From a virus (taxonomy: Duplodnaviria; Caudoviricetes), in IMG/VR virus record IMGVR_UViG_3300037751_000768, positions 1 to 29,874 of that record: DNA of 29,874 nucleotides. The stretch is one strand, 5' to 3'. Under the pieces are notes generated by a model. It had not been told where the DNA came from, ran no database searches, and worked only from the letters and a program-made list of their open reading frames with translations. This document shows positions 1 to 8,165 of the stretch, in pieces. Within the stretch, counting starts at the first letter, position 1; each line of letters opens with the position of its first letter. Both the position numbers and the translations under genes were made by a program.

Positions 1-137
1 GCGGAATCCCGTGCGGACCGTACTGCTCGCAGGACGCGGAAAAGTGTTGGGGATATCCGGCGTTTACGCCGGCCGCCCTCAAAGCTCTTTTACAACCGAG
101 CGTTTTGGTGGACAGGAGCGAGGCTACCGCCCGCCGA

Positions 138-465
138 ACGGAAAGAGCTGGGGCCATCCCACAGAGCCGAACCCCGAAGCCCCCGAACGGAAAGAGCTGA
201 GGGACTGGATCGGTGTTGGTCAGCGACGCAATCTCAAGATCCAGAAGCTCCTTACAACCGAACGAAAAAGGCTGAGGTAGGGACCTGAGGGTAGCGAGGC
301 GTGGCAGACAGCTTGAAGCTCTCACAGAACGGAAAGAGCTGAGGGAGATCGCTGAGGGTAGGAGCTGTACGGAAAGAGCTGAGGGAGATCAGTGGACGAA
401 CTCCCCAGCGACGGAAAGAGCTGAGGGGGTTACGTGGTGGAAAACCGAACGGAAAGAGCTGAGGG
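138..465 (+). repeat. Interspaced direct-repeat array, core ACGGAAAGAGCTGAGGG
   Basis: Exact 17-mers start at 187, 329, 369, 411 and 449. A one-base-deleted copy starts at 138 and a degenerate copy (ACGAAAAAGGCTGAGG) at 262. The last four copies are separated by 23, 25 and 21 nt. A secondary repeat AAGCTC(TT/C)TTACAACCGA lies at 82-99 and 245-261. Confidence 0.9.
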
Positions 466-1069
466 GCCATCTGAGACGCTGATCGTCGGAACGTTGTCCG
501 TCGCCGTACCGATGTGGATCGACAAGATCCAGAACGAACGGTGGACAGATGAGTACATCCATGCGCGTGCTGCTGTGTGCGCTCAGGTCGTGGCTTCGAA
601 GGGCGACGTGATTCTGTATCGGTCGAAGAAACGGGGTGAGACGGCCGAGGCCTTCAACGCGCTTGCAGAGGGGATTGCGCTGCTCAGTTTCGCGCCGGGC
701 GGGGTCCACGCGTTCGGTTTGGATTTCGAGACTGTGCGGGAGGGTGCCATGCGCTCAGGGACTACTACCCCCCTCCGCCGGGCTGTGTCAAACGTGGAGA
801 AAGATGCGGCTGGGACAGATGCGGCTGGTACTCCTGGTCCAGAGGACGTCCTTTCCAAAGCTGATCGCAGAGCGTTGGATTTCAAGTCACCGCAGCTTCG
901 CGGCGCGTACTGGCGGGGATATCGCGCAGGCGAGTCCGGGCAGTCGCAGGCCTCGTGTCCGTACGCGGACGTGCTCTCTTCGCGCGGGCACGTCACGTTC
1001 TCGCGCGCCTACATCAACGCGTGGACCGAAGGGTGGAAGTACGGAGCTGCGCGACGTGCGCAGCTTTGA
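434..1069 (+). CDS. Phage hypothetical protein with C-terminal Rmf/CrpP-like (ribosome modulation factor-like) domain
   Basis: 211-aa ORF. The C-terminus AYWRGYRAG..GQSQASCPY...AWTEGW matches the Rmf pattern (GYxAGxxG...CPY...WxxGW). GAGGGGG SD lies at 423-429, inside a repeat copy. Possible internal start at 749. Confidence 0.65.
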   Translation: MVENRTERAEGPSETLIVGTLSVAVPMWIDKIQNERWTDEYIHARAAVCAQVVASKGDVILYRSKKRGETAEAFNALAEGIALLSFAPGGVHAFGLDFETVREGAMRSGTTTPLRRAVSNVEKDAAGTDAAGTPGPEDVLSKADRRALDFKSPQLRGAYWRGYRAGESGQSQASCPYADVLSSRGHVTFSRAYINAWTEGWKYGAARRAQL

Positions 1070-1109
1070 CAGAAACCACTCAAGTGCCCCACGAATTCGA
1101 CCGATATTG
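1065..1109 (+). promoter_or_regulatory. Conserved 45-bp promoter/operator-like element, copy 1
   Basis: TTTGACAGAAACCACTCAAGTGCCCCACGAATTCGACCGATATTG is 43/45 identical to the reverse complement of 10970-11014. It contains TTGACA and the palindromes CACTcaAGTG and CGAATTCG. Confidence 0.75.
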
Positions 1110-1158
1110 TTGAATGGCGGGAGACAGTGATCTCCCCAAAAAAAGGGGGAACCGAAAC

Positions 1159-1299
1159 ATGACCACAACCAGGGAGGCCGCCGTCCAAATTCGGGCGGAC
1201 CTGAAGAAACGCGGATGGACGTCCCGGGACGTCTCCGTCAGAACGAGTCAGTTCGCAGGGGGGTCGAGTATCGACGTGGAGATCATTGGGGGGTCGTAG
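1159..1299 (+). CDS. Short, possibly truncated, LPD29-like protein (46 aa)
   Basis: GGGGGA SD then ATG at 1159. IRADLKKRG...VSVRTSQFAGGSSIDVEI resembles the N-terminal motif of large polyvalent protein domain LPD29; TAG follows right after the motif. Confidence 0.5.
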   Translation: MTTTREAAVQIRADLKKRGWTSRDVSVRTSQFAGGSSIDVEIIGGS

Positions 1300-1323
1300 C
1301 TCCCCGCCTTGCGTTGATGTACG

Positions 1324-1950
1324 ATGCCCTCCGACCGGTTTGCCCCGTCGGAGGGTTTTTTCGTGCCATACCTGCCACAGGACTACCTCCACGACACAGC
1401 GTTTCCGCGTGCGTGGGGGAAGGACCTACACACACAAATGCGAATGGTAGAGGAGCGTTGGCGTCGGTTTTTCCCTCGCATCGAATACTACCAGATCAAA
1501 GTCGCAACGACGCAGGTCGCACGTTTGGGTGACATCTCCGGCGAGCCCGGCACGACGCGTTACGATACGTTGTACGGCGAGAGCGTCGACCCATCGATGG
1601 CGACGTGGGACCAACCACACCTATCGGCCGAAGTCGCACCGCAGGCTCCGCTCGCGGCGACGGACGTCGACCAATTCGAGGATCCTGTCACCCTGCACGC
1701 GCGTGTTCAACGCCTCTCCAAGGAGTACGAACACAAGCTCCACGGTACGGACGAGGTGCGTGATCTACTCCTTGTGGTCCCGCAATCCTCTCTCGACAGG
1801 CTTGCGGTCATCGTGTCGCCAGGCGACAAGTTCATCTGGGACGGCGACTGGTATCTGGTCATGCCGACCAAGGACGACGCATATTGGAAGAACTCGAACA
1901 ATCGACTATTCCGGTTCATAGCGGCGGAACATCTCCGCATCGGAAGCTGA
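1324..1950 (+). CDS. Putative head-closure/neck protein (T4 gp14-like)
   Basis: 208 aa with YDTLYGE...PVTLHARV...PGDKFIWDGDWYLV pattern typical of head-closure beta-barrels; lies upstream of terminator, sheath and tube. Confidence 0.6.
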   Translation: MPSDRFAPSEGFFVPYLPQDYLHDTAFPRAWGKDLHTQMRMVEERWRRFFPRIEYYQIKVATTQVARLGDISGEPGTTRYDTLYGESVDPSMATWDQPHLSAEVAPQAPLAATDVDQFEDPVTLHARVQRLSKEYEHKLHGTDEVRDLLLVVPQSSLDRLAVIVSPGDKFIWDGDWYLVMPTKDDAYWKNSNNRLFRFIAAEHLRIGS

Positions 1951-2345
1951 GCACTCGCCTCTACCCAGCCCGAACTCGACGAGTGTTGTCCTCGGACAAA
2001 CTCGAGGTACGAATCGATCTCGGGTTTGGTGTCTTTGTCGATCGTCACGTGCTGGTAGCAGGTCTGCCCGTCCCTGCGTCGTTGCCGTTGCGTTGCGCGA
2101 CGCAAATCAAACACTGCCTCATCGTGCTGCTCGGTGGCCGACGGCTCTTCATTGCTCCGCAGGCGGACGCGTACGACAATGTCAGTTCGCGCGTTTTTTT
2201 GGCTGAACGCGTGCAGGGTGCGCCGATCGGGTTGACGGAAGGCCTCGTCCAGAAGCCCGTCCTCGACGTGACGCCGTTCCTGTTGTCACTGGCCCCACTG
2301 TACGACGTCGACGCAGTCAAGAGCTTGGTGAACGGGTCGGCATGA
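1947..2345 (+). CDS. Degenerate SNase/thermonuclease-like OB-fold protein
   Basis: LYPARTRRVLSSDKLEVRIDLGFGVF..RHVLVAGL resembles the phage thermonuclease N-terminus (Y..KVVRVVDGDTVDVDIDLGFGV...RL.GID) without the DGDT residues. Start is uncertain: CTG at 1947 overlapping the previous TGA, or 1884 on the ORF track. Confidence 0.5.
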   Translation: MSTRLYPARTRRVLSSDKLEVRIDLGFGVFVDRHVLVAGLPVPASLPLRCATQIKHCLIVLLGGRRLFIAPQADAYDNVSSRVFLAERVQGAPIGLTEGLVQKPVLDVTPFLLSLAPLYDVDAVKSLVNGSA

Positions 2346-2431
2346 ACTATCGACAGCGGGACTTGGGTGGTGTGGTGACGGCTGGCGTTTTGGTGGTCCT
2401 TCGTCCTGGTTTTCGTCGTGTAGGTTCATGA
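2342..2431 (+). CDS. Putative 29-aa small protein
   Basis: MNYRQRDLGGVVTAGVLVVLRPGFRRVGS* fills the gap exactly, with ATGA overlaps to both neighbouring genes. Confidence 0.35.
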   Translation: MNYRQRDLGGVVTAGVLVVLRPGFRRVGS

Positions 2432-4794
2432 CGCGCCCGCATTCCCACGAGAGTAGCATCCGCGTCCATGACGAGGCCGTCTCGGACTGGTTAGGCAACC
2501 TCCGTGTCGACTACGGGACCGTGCTCGGTGAGCCTCGCAACAACCTTCCGATCATCAGAGTTTTCGCAGCGCCCGAACGCGCATACTCTGCCGTCGTCGA
2601 TACGCTCGTACGGACCGGTTGGATTCCGGGTGCGACGGACGCAGAGCGCCGCGCGAACGCGGGCGAGATTCCCGTCCTTCCGCTTCCCCTCGTTACCATC
2701 GAACGTAAGGATCTCCTGCCCGAACTCGACATCGCGAACGTGCCGTTTCACTTCCGCAAGCGGGAGTTCGATCTGGAGACTCAGATGTGGGTGACGCATC
2801 CTCACCCAGGCTCGTGGCGCCAGAACTACACCCTGACGTTTTGGGCACACAAGCAGTACACCATGGCGTTCTGTCAGGAATGGATCCTTTCGCAGCTAGG
2901 TGCGCGTAGGGGTCACATCCAGGCCGAAACGATGATCCCGGTGAACCATCGCGCACCGTGGGGTGTGATCAACCAACAATTTCGGTGGGAGGGATTCTCC
3001 GACCAATCGGAAATCCCAGCGCAAGGGGAGTTCTCTGGTGCTGATCAGCGTTGGATTCGGCTGAGCGCCGACTTCTCGTTGCGGTTCCTGTTCTTCCACA
3101 AGGCCTCCGCATCGCACCGACCGATCGTACACATCGAGTGGTACGAATGCTCTCCGACGTTCGCGGACGCGATCACGATGGATCCCGGCGTTTGCACGCT
3201 GTGGACGCAGCAGGTCAGTTCGAATCTCTTTCGGATCGACATGCAGCCACGTCGCATCCCCACGCTGTGGCCAACGCTCGGCGACGCGACAGTGCAGGCT
3301 GGGACGTGGAGCCCCAACGGGGTTTCGGTCAACGGTCTGCGGTTTGGTCTGCTGACACCAGCCGACGAGGCCGACGTCAACAGTCGTTCGCTCAGCCTAG
3401 ACGATCACGGTCGTGCGATCCTCTCCGTCTCGTACGAATATCTCACCGACGCCGCCTTTGCGCTCAACGTCGCACAGCGCAGCGGAGCGTCTCCGGTCGT
3501 GTGGACGAACGCGGATCGTTTTGTCGGGGAGCCCGGCTTTGAGCGCAGCGGTTCGCTCCGCTGGCAACGAGTCCACTTCTTTGCGCTTCTCACCCAACCG
3601 ATTTACGACATCTCGGTGTGGGGACTCGGAGAGCCCGGGGGGGTACGCTCCGATACGCACGTCCACGACGTCGACATTCGTCATGTGCGCAGTTACGCCC
3701 CGACCCCGCCAGACGGTTCGATCGTCTACGCCGATTTCACCAAGTACAACTGGGTCGGTCTCGATTCGCACGGCTATCTCGTCGTGGTCGAACGTGCCCC
3801 TACTGGAGGGGTCGGGGCAATCAACGTTCAGGCGGGCATTGCCGAAGCGGAGCTCGTGGGTCAAGTCGTCCGTACGATCTATGTGGACGCCCGATCCAGT
3901 ACAGCTTCGACCGCCGTAGATGTTCGAATTGCGGTGGTCGTGGCGGATGCCGACCTCGAGGCCGATGAGTCTAGCGTGGATGCTTCAGGATCGTTTACGG
4001 TCGACGCCGGCGTGTTCGTGCAAGCCGGAACGGTTGTGGTCGACGCGGACGGTTTGGTTACGGGGGATCCCGACTACGTGTGGGCGGTCGCGCAGGATGG
4101 AGACGTGGACGGGTCGGGTGTTCTCGTACACCAAGCGACCGCGAGTCTCACTGCGGATCCCTCGACGGTAGACATCGAGGGGGCGCACGGACCCGACGGT
4201 GACGTCTCGACGCAACCAGAGGATTCGACGTCGGAGGGTATCAGCACTCTCGTCCACCAGGTCGATGCTACGGTCCAGGCTGACAGTTCGACGGTCGATG
4301 TGTCGGACGCGGTAATGGGTGGCGCATCGGTTCAACCATCGGATGCGAGCGTCCTCGTGCTCGGATCGGTTCTACCGCTCGGTTCGATTTCGAGTCTCGA
4401 CACGATCGTCGTGCAGAACGACATTTCGACTCCGACGTTGACGCAGACCAAAAGGTTCGACGACGCTCGTCGGACAGGGGTTGTGATCTTGATGCAACCG
4501 ATGTTCGCGTCGATTTCTGCGCTCATACCCTCGCGCATCCCCGTTGCAGCCGTCTACCTACACCGATACGATGGTGCCTATCGCGGGACGGACGTGCCCA
4601 GCCGCGTCGATGCTCGCGCCGAGTCCGCTCTGGTTGACCTTCGCGGTCAAGTCATTCGCGACGCAGAGGCGAACGACACCCACGCGCAGGCGCAGCCGTC
4701 GACGGTCGAGATGGCCGTGCAGGTGGTGCACCATGGCGGGCTGAGCACGGTCGTGTTACCGTCCTTCGTCTCCGTACGTGGAGACGTGGTCTGA
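2428..4794 (+). CDS. Tail terminator/completion-like protein (T4 gp15-like N-terminus) with long C-terminal extension
   Basis: 788 aa. The N-terminal ~225 aa have the FAAPERA...LPLVTIER...YTLTFW...EWILSQL pattern of gp15-like terminators; they are followed by a beta-rich module and acidic V/D/A/S repeats. Located between neck and sheath genes. Confidence 0.6.
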   Translation: MTRPHSHESSIRVHDEAVSDWLGNLRVDYGTVLGEPRNNLPIIRVFAAPERAYSAVVDTLVRTGWIPGATDAERRANAGEIPVLPLPLVTIERKDLLPELDIANVPFHFRKREFDLETQMWVTHPHPGSWRQNYTLTFWAHKQYTMAFCQEWILSQLGARRGHIQAETMIPVNHRAPWGVINQQFRWEGFSDQSEIPAQGEFSGADQRWIRLSADFSLRFLFFHKASASHRPIVHIEWYECSPTFADAITMDPGVCTLWTQQVSSNLFRIDMQPRRIPTLWPTLGDATVQAGTWSPNGVSVNGLRFGLLTPADEADVNSRSLSLDDHGRAILSVSYEYLTDAAFALNVAQRSGASPVVWTNADRFVGEPGFERSGSLRWQRVHFFALLTQPIYDISVWGLGEPGGVRSDTHVHDVDIRHVRSYAPTPPDGSIVYADFTKYNWVGLDSHGYLVVVERAPTGGVGAINVQAGIAEAELVGQVVRTIYVDARSSTASTAVDVRIAVVVADADLEADESSVDASGSFTVDAGVFVQAGTVVVDADGLVTGDPDYVWAVAQDGDVDGSGVLVHQATASLTADPSTVDIEGAHGPDGDVSTQPEDSTSEGISTLVHQVDATVQADSSTVDVSDAVMGGASVQPSDASVLVLGSVLPLGSISSLDTIVVQNDISTPTLTQTKRFDDARRTGVVILMQPMFASISALIPSRIPVAAVYLHRYDGAYRGTDVPSRVDARAESALVDLRGQVIRDAEANDTHAQAQPSTVEMAVQVVHHGGLSTVVLPSFVSVRGDVV

Positions 4795-4828
4795 TTTCCC
4801 CTCTTGGCCGAACGGTCAAGGTTGTTGC

Positions 4829-5194
4829 ATGGGTGACTTGCCTGCCCGCACAAAACTCGACGAACGTTATGCGAGTTGTTGCACGTGCCGAGGCCTGACC
4901 GAGGCAGTGTTGATCGCTCGGTGGACGGCGCGGGCGAAACCGACGCTGCGGCGTATGTTGCAGCATGGTCATCCAGTCAAGCATCGTCGGTTACGTGAGA
5001 CGATGCGGCTCCTGCTGGGGATCCGTAGAGGCGATTTGAAGAGCTTCTATCGGACGGTGCAGTCTCACTCGCACCATCTCCTTGGCTGTCCGTTCGGATC
5101 GCGAGTCAAGAGGGACCACCATGACCGAAGAACGCGAACGCGAGATACCTGTACCCGTACCCACACCCCGACGGAAGTCGAAGCCGCCGGGTAG
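4829..5194 (+). CDS. Hypothetical basic Cys/His-containing protein
   Basis: Fills the gap after 4794 and contains CCTC and HSHHLLGCPF. It overlaps the next ORF by ~74 nt, so it is uncertain. Confidence 0.35.
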   Translation: MGDLPARTKLDERYASCCTCRGLTEAVLIARWTARAKPTLRRMLQHGHPVKHRRLRETMRLLLGIRRGDLKSFYRTVQSHSHHLLGCPFGSRVKRDHHDRRTRTRDTCTRTHTPTEVEAAG

Positions 5195-5411
5195 GTCGGG
5201 CCTGAAAGGCCGGGAAGTCGTCCGCCTCATCCTTCTCCAAAACAAGACCTCCCAAACGCTGACCCTCGGTGTGCGCTCTGATCTGGGGCAGACGGATCCG
5301 TTGCGATTGGCTCCGCACGCTCGTTCCGGCGTGCTCCGTTTGGATCGGCTGACGGAATACACACTCGGATTCGTCCGCCGCGGCCAGGTGCACATCCACC
5401 CGTTGAACTGA
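5121..5411 (+). CDS. Hypothetical protein preceding the sheath
   Basis: GAGGG SD before ATG 5121; 96 aa; ends 25 nt before the sheath start. Confidence 0.6.
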   Translation: MTEEREREIPVPVPTPRRKSKPPGRSGLKGREVVRLILLQNKTSQTLTLGVRSDLGQTDPLRLAPHARSGVLRLDRLTEYTLGFVRRGQVHIHPLN

Positions 5412-5436
5412 CCGGCAGTCGTAGGGAGCACGCGCG

Positions 5437-8139
5437 ATGGTTTTGCTCAGTCCAGGCATTCGCACGAACGAACTCATCTTCCAGAATTACGCGATACAGC
5501 TCGGGGTTACGCTGCCGGTTTTCGTGGGAGGTGCGACGAAAGGTCCTGTGGACGCGCCGACACGCATCTCGACCCAAGAAGAGCTGTTTCGTCGTTTTGG
5601 CAACCCAGTCGAGAGCGACTATGGGCTACTGGCGGCAGCGCAGTACCTCCAATACGGCTCGGAGATGGTTTACCTCCGTGTCGCCAACGGAGAATCGACC
5701 GCCGACGCAACGATTCCGGGTGCGACAGGAGCTTCGACTGGGATCGATCCGAGCGGTTGGGTCGAAATTGGCGGGACAGGCGGGACGCAGCCCGTAGACG
5801 GTGATTCCGTTACCCTCGATTACAGCCTCGATACGCCAAGTCCGGTCGTTTTCGAATTCGACCTCGAGGCGCGTGCGGAAGGGGGCGTAACCGTAGCGCC
5901 GGCGTCCCTACCAGAGGACAACGACACGTTCGAGCTCATCGATGCGAACGCCGTAACGCGCAAGTACGAGTTCGACTCCGACGCGTCAGGTGCGACGCAG
6001 GTCGGGACGGACGTCGTGATCGACATCCAAGGCCTCGCAACGGCTCCCGACATCGCCGCGGCGATCATCGCAGCCATCGAGGCGGATCGCATCGGTGGAA
6101 ACATCCAAATCCGGGCGGAGCAGGGTGCTACTACCGCCGACGTGCGTCTGATCCAGGTGGTCCCGGGCAGTGCGGGCAACACGGCGATTGCCGAGCCCGA
6201 AGGCAGTGGGAACCTTGTGACCGTGGACTTCACGGGTGGTGAGGACGGGGCAATCACCGGCGGCGCAGTGCGTGTGACGATCGGTGCAACTCCGGCGCAA
6301 ACCGCGGCGAATCTCGCCACCGCCATCAACGCACAGACCACGCCCCCCTTCGTTGCGACCGTTGCTTCTGCGACTCCGACGCGGGTCGATGTGATCGTCG
6401 AGGGGACGGAGTCCGACGGCAACGCTCCTATCATCGAATCTACGACTGCCCTGCGACTGACGCTCTCCGGGGCAACTTTCACCGGCGGTACAGATGTGGA
6501 TGCAGGAGCGCCGTCGAACGCGATGGTTATCGCGGCGCTCACGCCAGGCACGTGGGCCAACGGCAACACGGTCCAGGTTGTTCAACCGTCCACCGCCCAA
6601 AACCCGACCAGTGCCGACGCGTTCGATTTGATCGTGCGTGCTGCCGTTGACGAATCCGGTGTGCTCCAGATCGTCGAGCAGTTCCGTAACATGGTGAACG
6701 ATTCGTCGTCGGTACGTTTCGTCGAGCGCGTCGTCAACGAAGGGATCAAAAACGAGAACCCGAAGAGTCAGTGGATCCGTGCGACGCAGTCAACGAATCT
6801 GTCGGTCCCAACTGCTGGGACTTACACACTCGGGACGGGTTCGCCTGCTGTCGGTACTGTGGACTTCACCGGCAACCCGCTCGACGGCGATCTACTCGCC
6901 ATCACAGACTCTCTCGGTACGACTGTGACCTTCGAGTTCGATTTGGGCGGGGGTGTGACGCCCGGGCACGTTGCAGTGGTCATCGGTACACTTGCATCCG
7001 ACACGCAGGACAACTTTCTTGCGGCGGTCAATGGATCCGCACTTGCGATCACGGCAACCAACGGAGTCGGCACGACGGACACCGTTCTTACGAACGACAA
7101 CGTCGGTCGTGCTGGCAACGTGCTGATCACTGAGTCCGACGCCGGTGCAAACATCACTGTGGCGGGTATGGCGGGAGGTGTCGACGTAGGTCTCGACGGC
7201 ATCGATGCGCTCACCAACGCCGACTACATCGGTACGGCCGTCGGCGGCGTGACGACCGGTCTCCAATCGTTGCGCGACGCTGAGCGGGTCGAATTCAACC
7301 TGCTCGCCATTCCAGGCATGACGGCAGCGATCGTGCAGCTCGAAATGATCGACGTCTGTCAATCTCGTGGCGACGCGCTGGCGATTCTCGACCCCCCGTT
7401 CGGCCTCACGGTGGGGGAAGTCGTACAGTGGCACAATGGCGAGCTCACCACCGTTCCTGACGCACACACGTCGCCGATCGATGCTTCCTACGCGTGCCTG
7501 TTCTGGTCGTGGGGAGAGGTGTTCGACGAGTCGATCGAGAAGAACATCTGGCTCCCCCCGAGCGGGTTCGCGGCAGGGATCTTCGCACAGAGCGACATCC
7601 TGAAAGGGCCTTGGTTCGCAGCGGCGGGTACACAGCGCGGGGCGCTGAGAAACATCATCCGTCTGGAACACTCTGCCAATCAGAGCGAGCGTGACCAGCT
7701 CCTCGGGGGCGACAACGCGATCAACCCCTTCATCGAGTTCGTCACCAACGACGTGAGCCAGTTCATCGCGTTCGGCAACGATACGCTCTACCGCGCGCCC
7801 GAGCGCGTACCGACGACACGCATCCACATTCGGCGTATGTTGCTCTACGTCAAAAAAGTCGTCGCGACGGCGATTCAGTACCTGCTATTCGATCCAAACG
7901 ACCCGATTTCGTGGCGGGACTTTGAGCAGACCGTGACTCCGATCATGAAGCGTTTGCAATCCGACCGTGGGATCGAGTCGTTCGAAGTGCGGATGGATGC
8001 GACGACGAATCCGGACGAACTCCGGATCCAAAACACCGCGCGTGGGCGGATCTTCATCACACCGCTCTATGCGATGGAGAAGATCGAGATCGATTTCGTC
8101 GTGACGACATCCGGTACCGAGTTCCCTGACCTTCTCTAA
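5437..8139 (+). CDS. Contractile tail sheath protein with inserted domains
   Basis: N-terminus LSPG...FVGGATKGP...ELFRRFG.P; PGTWAN; NLLAIPG...RGDALAILDPP; WLPPSG...PWFAAAG..RG; C-terminus RIHIRRMLL...FDPND...W...RGI...MD.TTN...IEIDF. Confidence 0.96.
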   Translation: MVLLSPGIRTNELIFQNYAIQLGVTLPVFVGGATKGPVDAPTRISTQEELFRRFGNPVESDYGLLAAAQYLQYGSEMVYLRVANGESTADATIPGATGASTGIDPSGWVEIGGTGGTQPVDGDSVTLDYSLDTPSPVVFEFDLEARAEGGVTVAPASLPEDNDTFELIDANAVTRKYEFDSDASGATQVGTDVVIDIQGLATAPDIAAAIIAAIEADRIGGNIQIRAEQGATTADVRLIQVVPGSAGNTAIAEPEGSGNLVTVDFTGGEDGAITGGAVRVTIGATPAQTAANLATAINAQTTPPFVATVASATPTRVDVIVEGTESDGNAPIIESTTALRLTLSGATFTGGTDVDAGAPSNAMVIAALTPGTWANGNTVQVVQPSTAQNPTSADAFDLIVRAAVDESGVLQIVEQFRNMVNDSSSVRFVERVVNEGIKNENPKSQWIRATQSTNLSVPTAGTYTLGTGSPAVGTVDFTGNPLDGDLLAITDSLGTTVTFEFDLGGGVTPGHVAVVIGTLASDTQDNFLAAVNGSALAITATNGVGTTDTVLTNDNVGRAGNVLITESDAGANITVAGMAGGVDVGLDGIDALTNADYIGTAVGGVTTGLQSLRDAERVEFNLLAIPGMTAAIVQLEMIDVCQSRGDALAILDPPFGLTVGEVVQWHNGELTTVPDAHTSPIDASYACLFWSWGEVFDESIEKNIWLPPSGFAAGIFAQSDILKGPWFAAAGTQRGALRNIIRLEHSANQSERDQLLGGDNAINPFIEFVTNDVSQFIAFGNDTLYRAPERVPTTRIHIRRMLLYVKKVVATAIQYLLFDPNDPISWRDFEQTVTPIMKRLQSDRGIESFEVRMDATTNPDELRIQNTARGRIFITPLYAMEKIEIDFVVTTSGTEFPDLL

Positions 8140-8165
8140 GAACCACCAGAACCTGGAGGCGTCCC

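Noticed and set aside
138-465. Calling the repeat array a canonical CRISPR
   Set aside because: The repeat is only 17 bp, spacing in the first half is irregular (49-75 nt), spacers share sequence with each other and the repeat, and no cas genes are visible.
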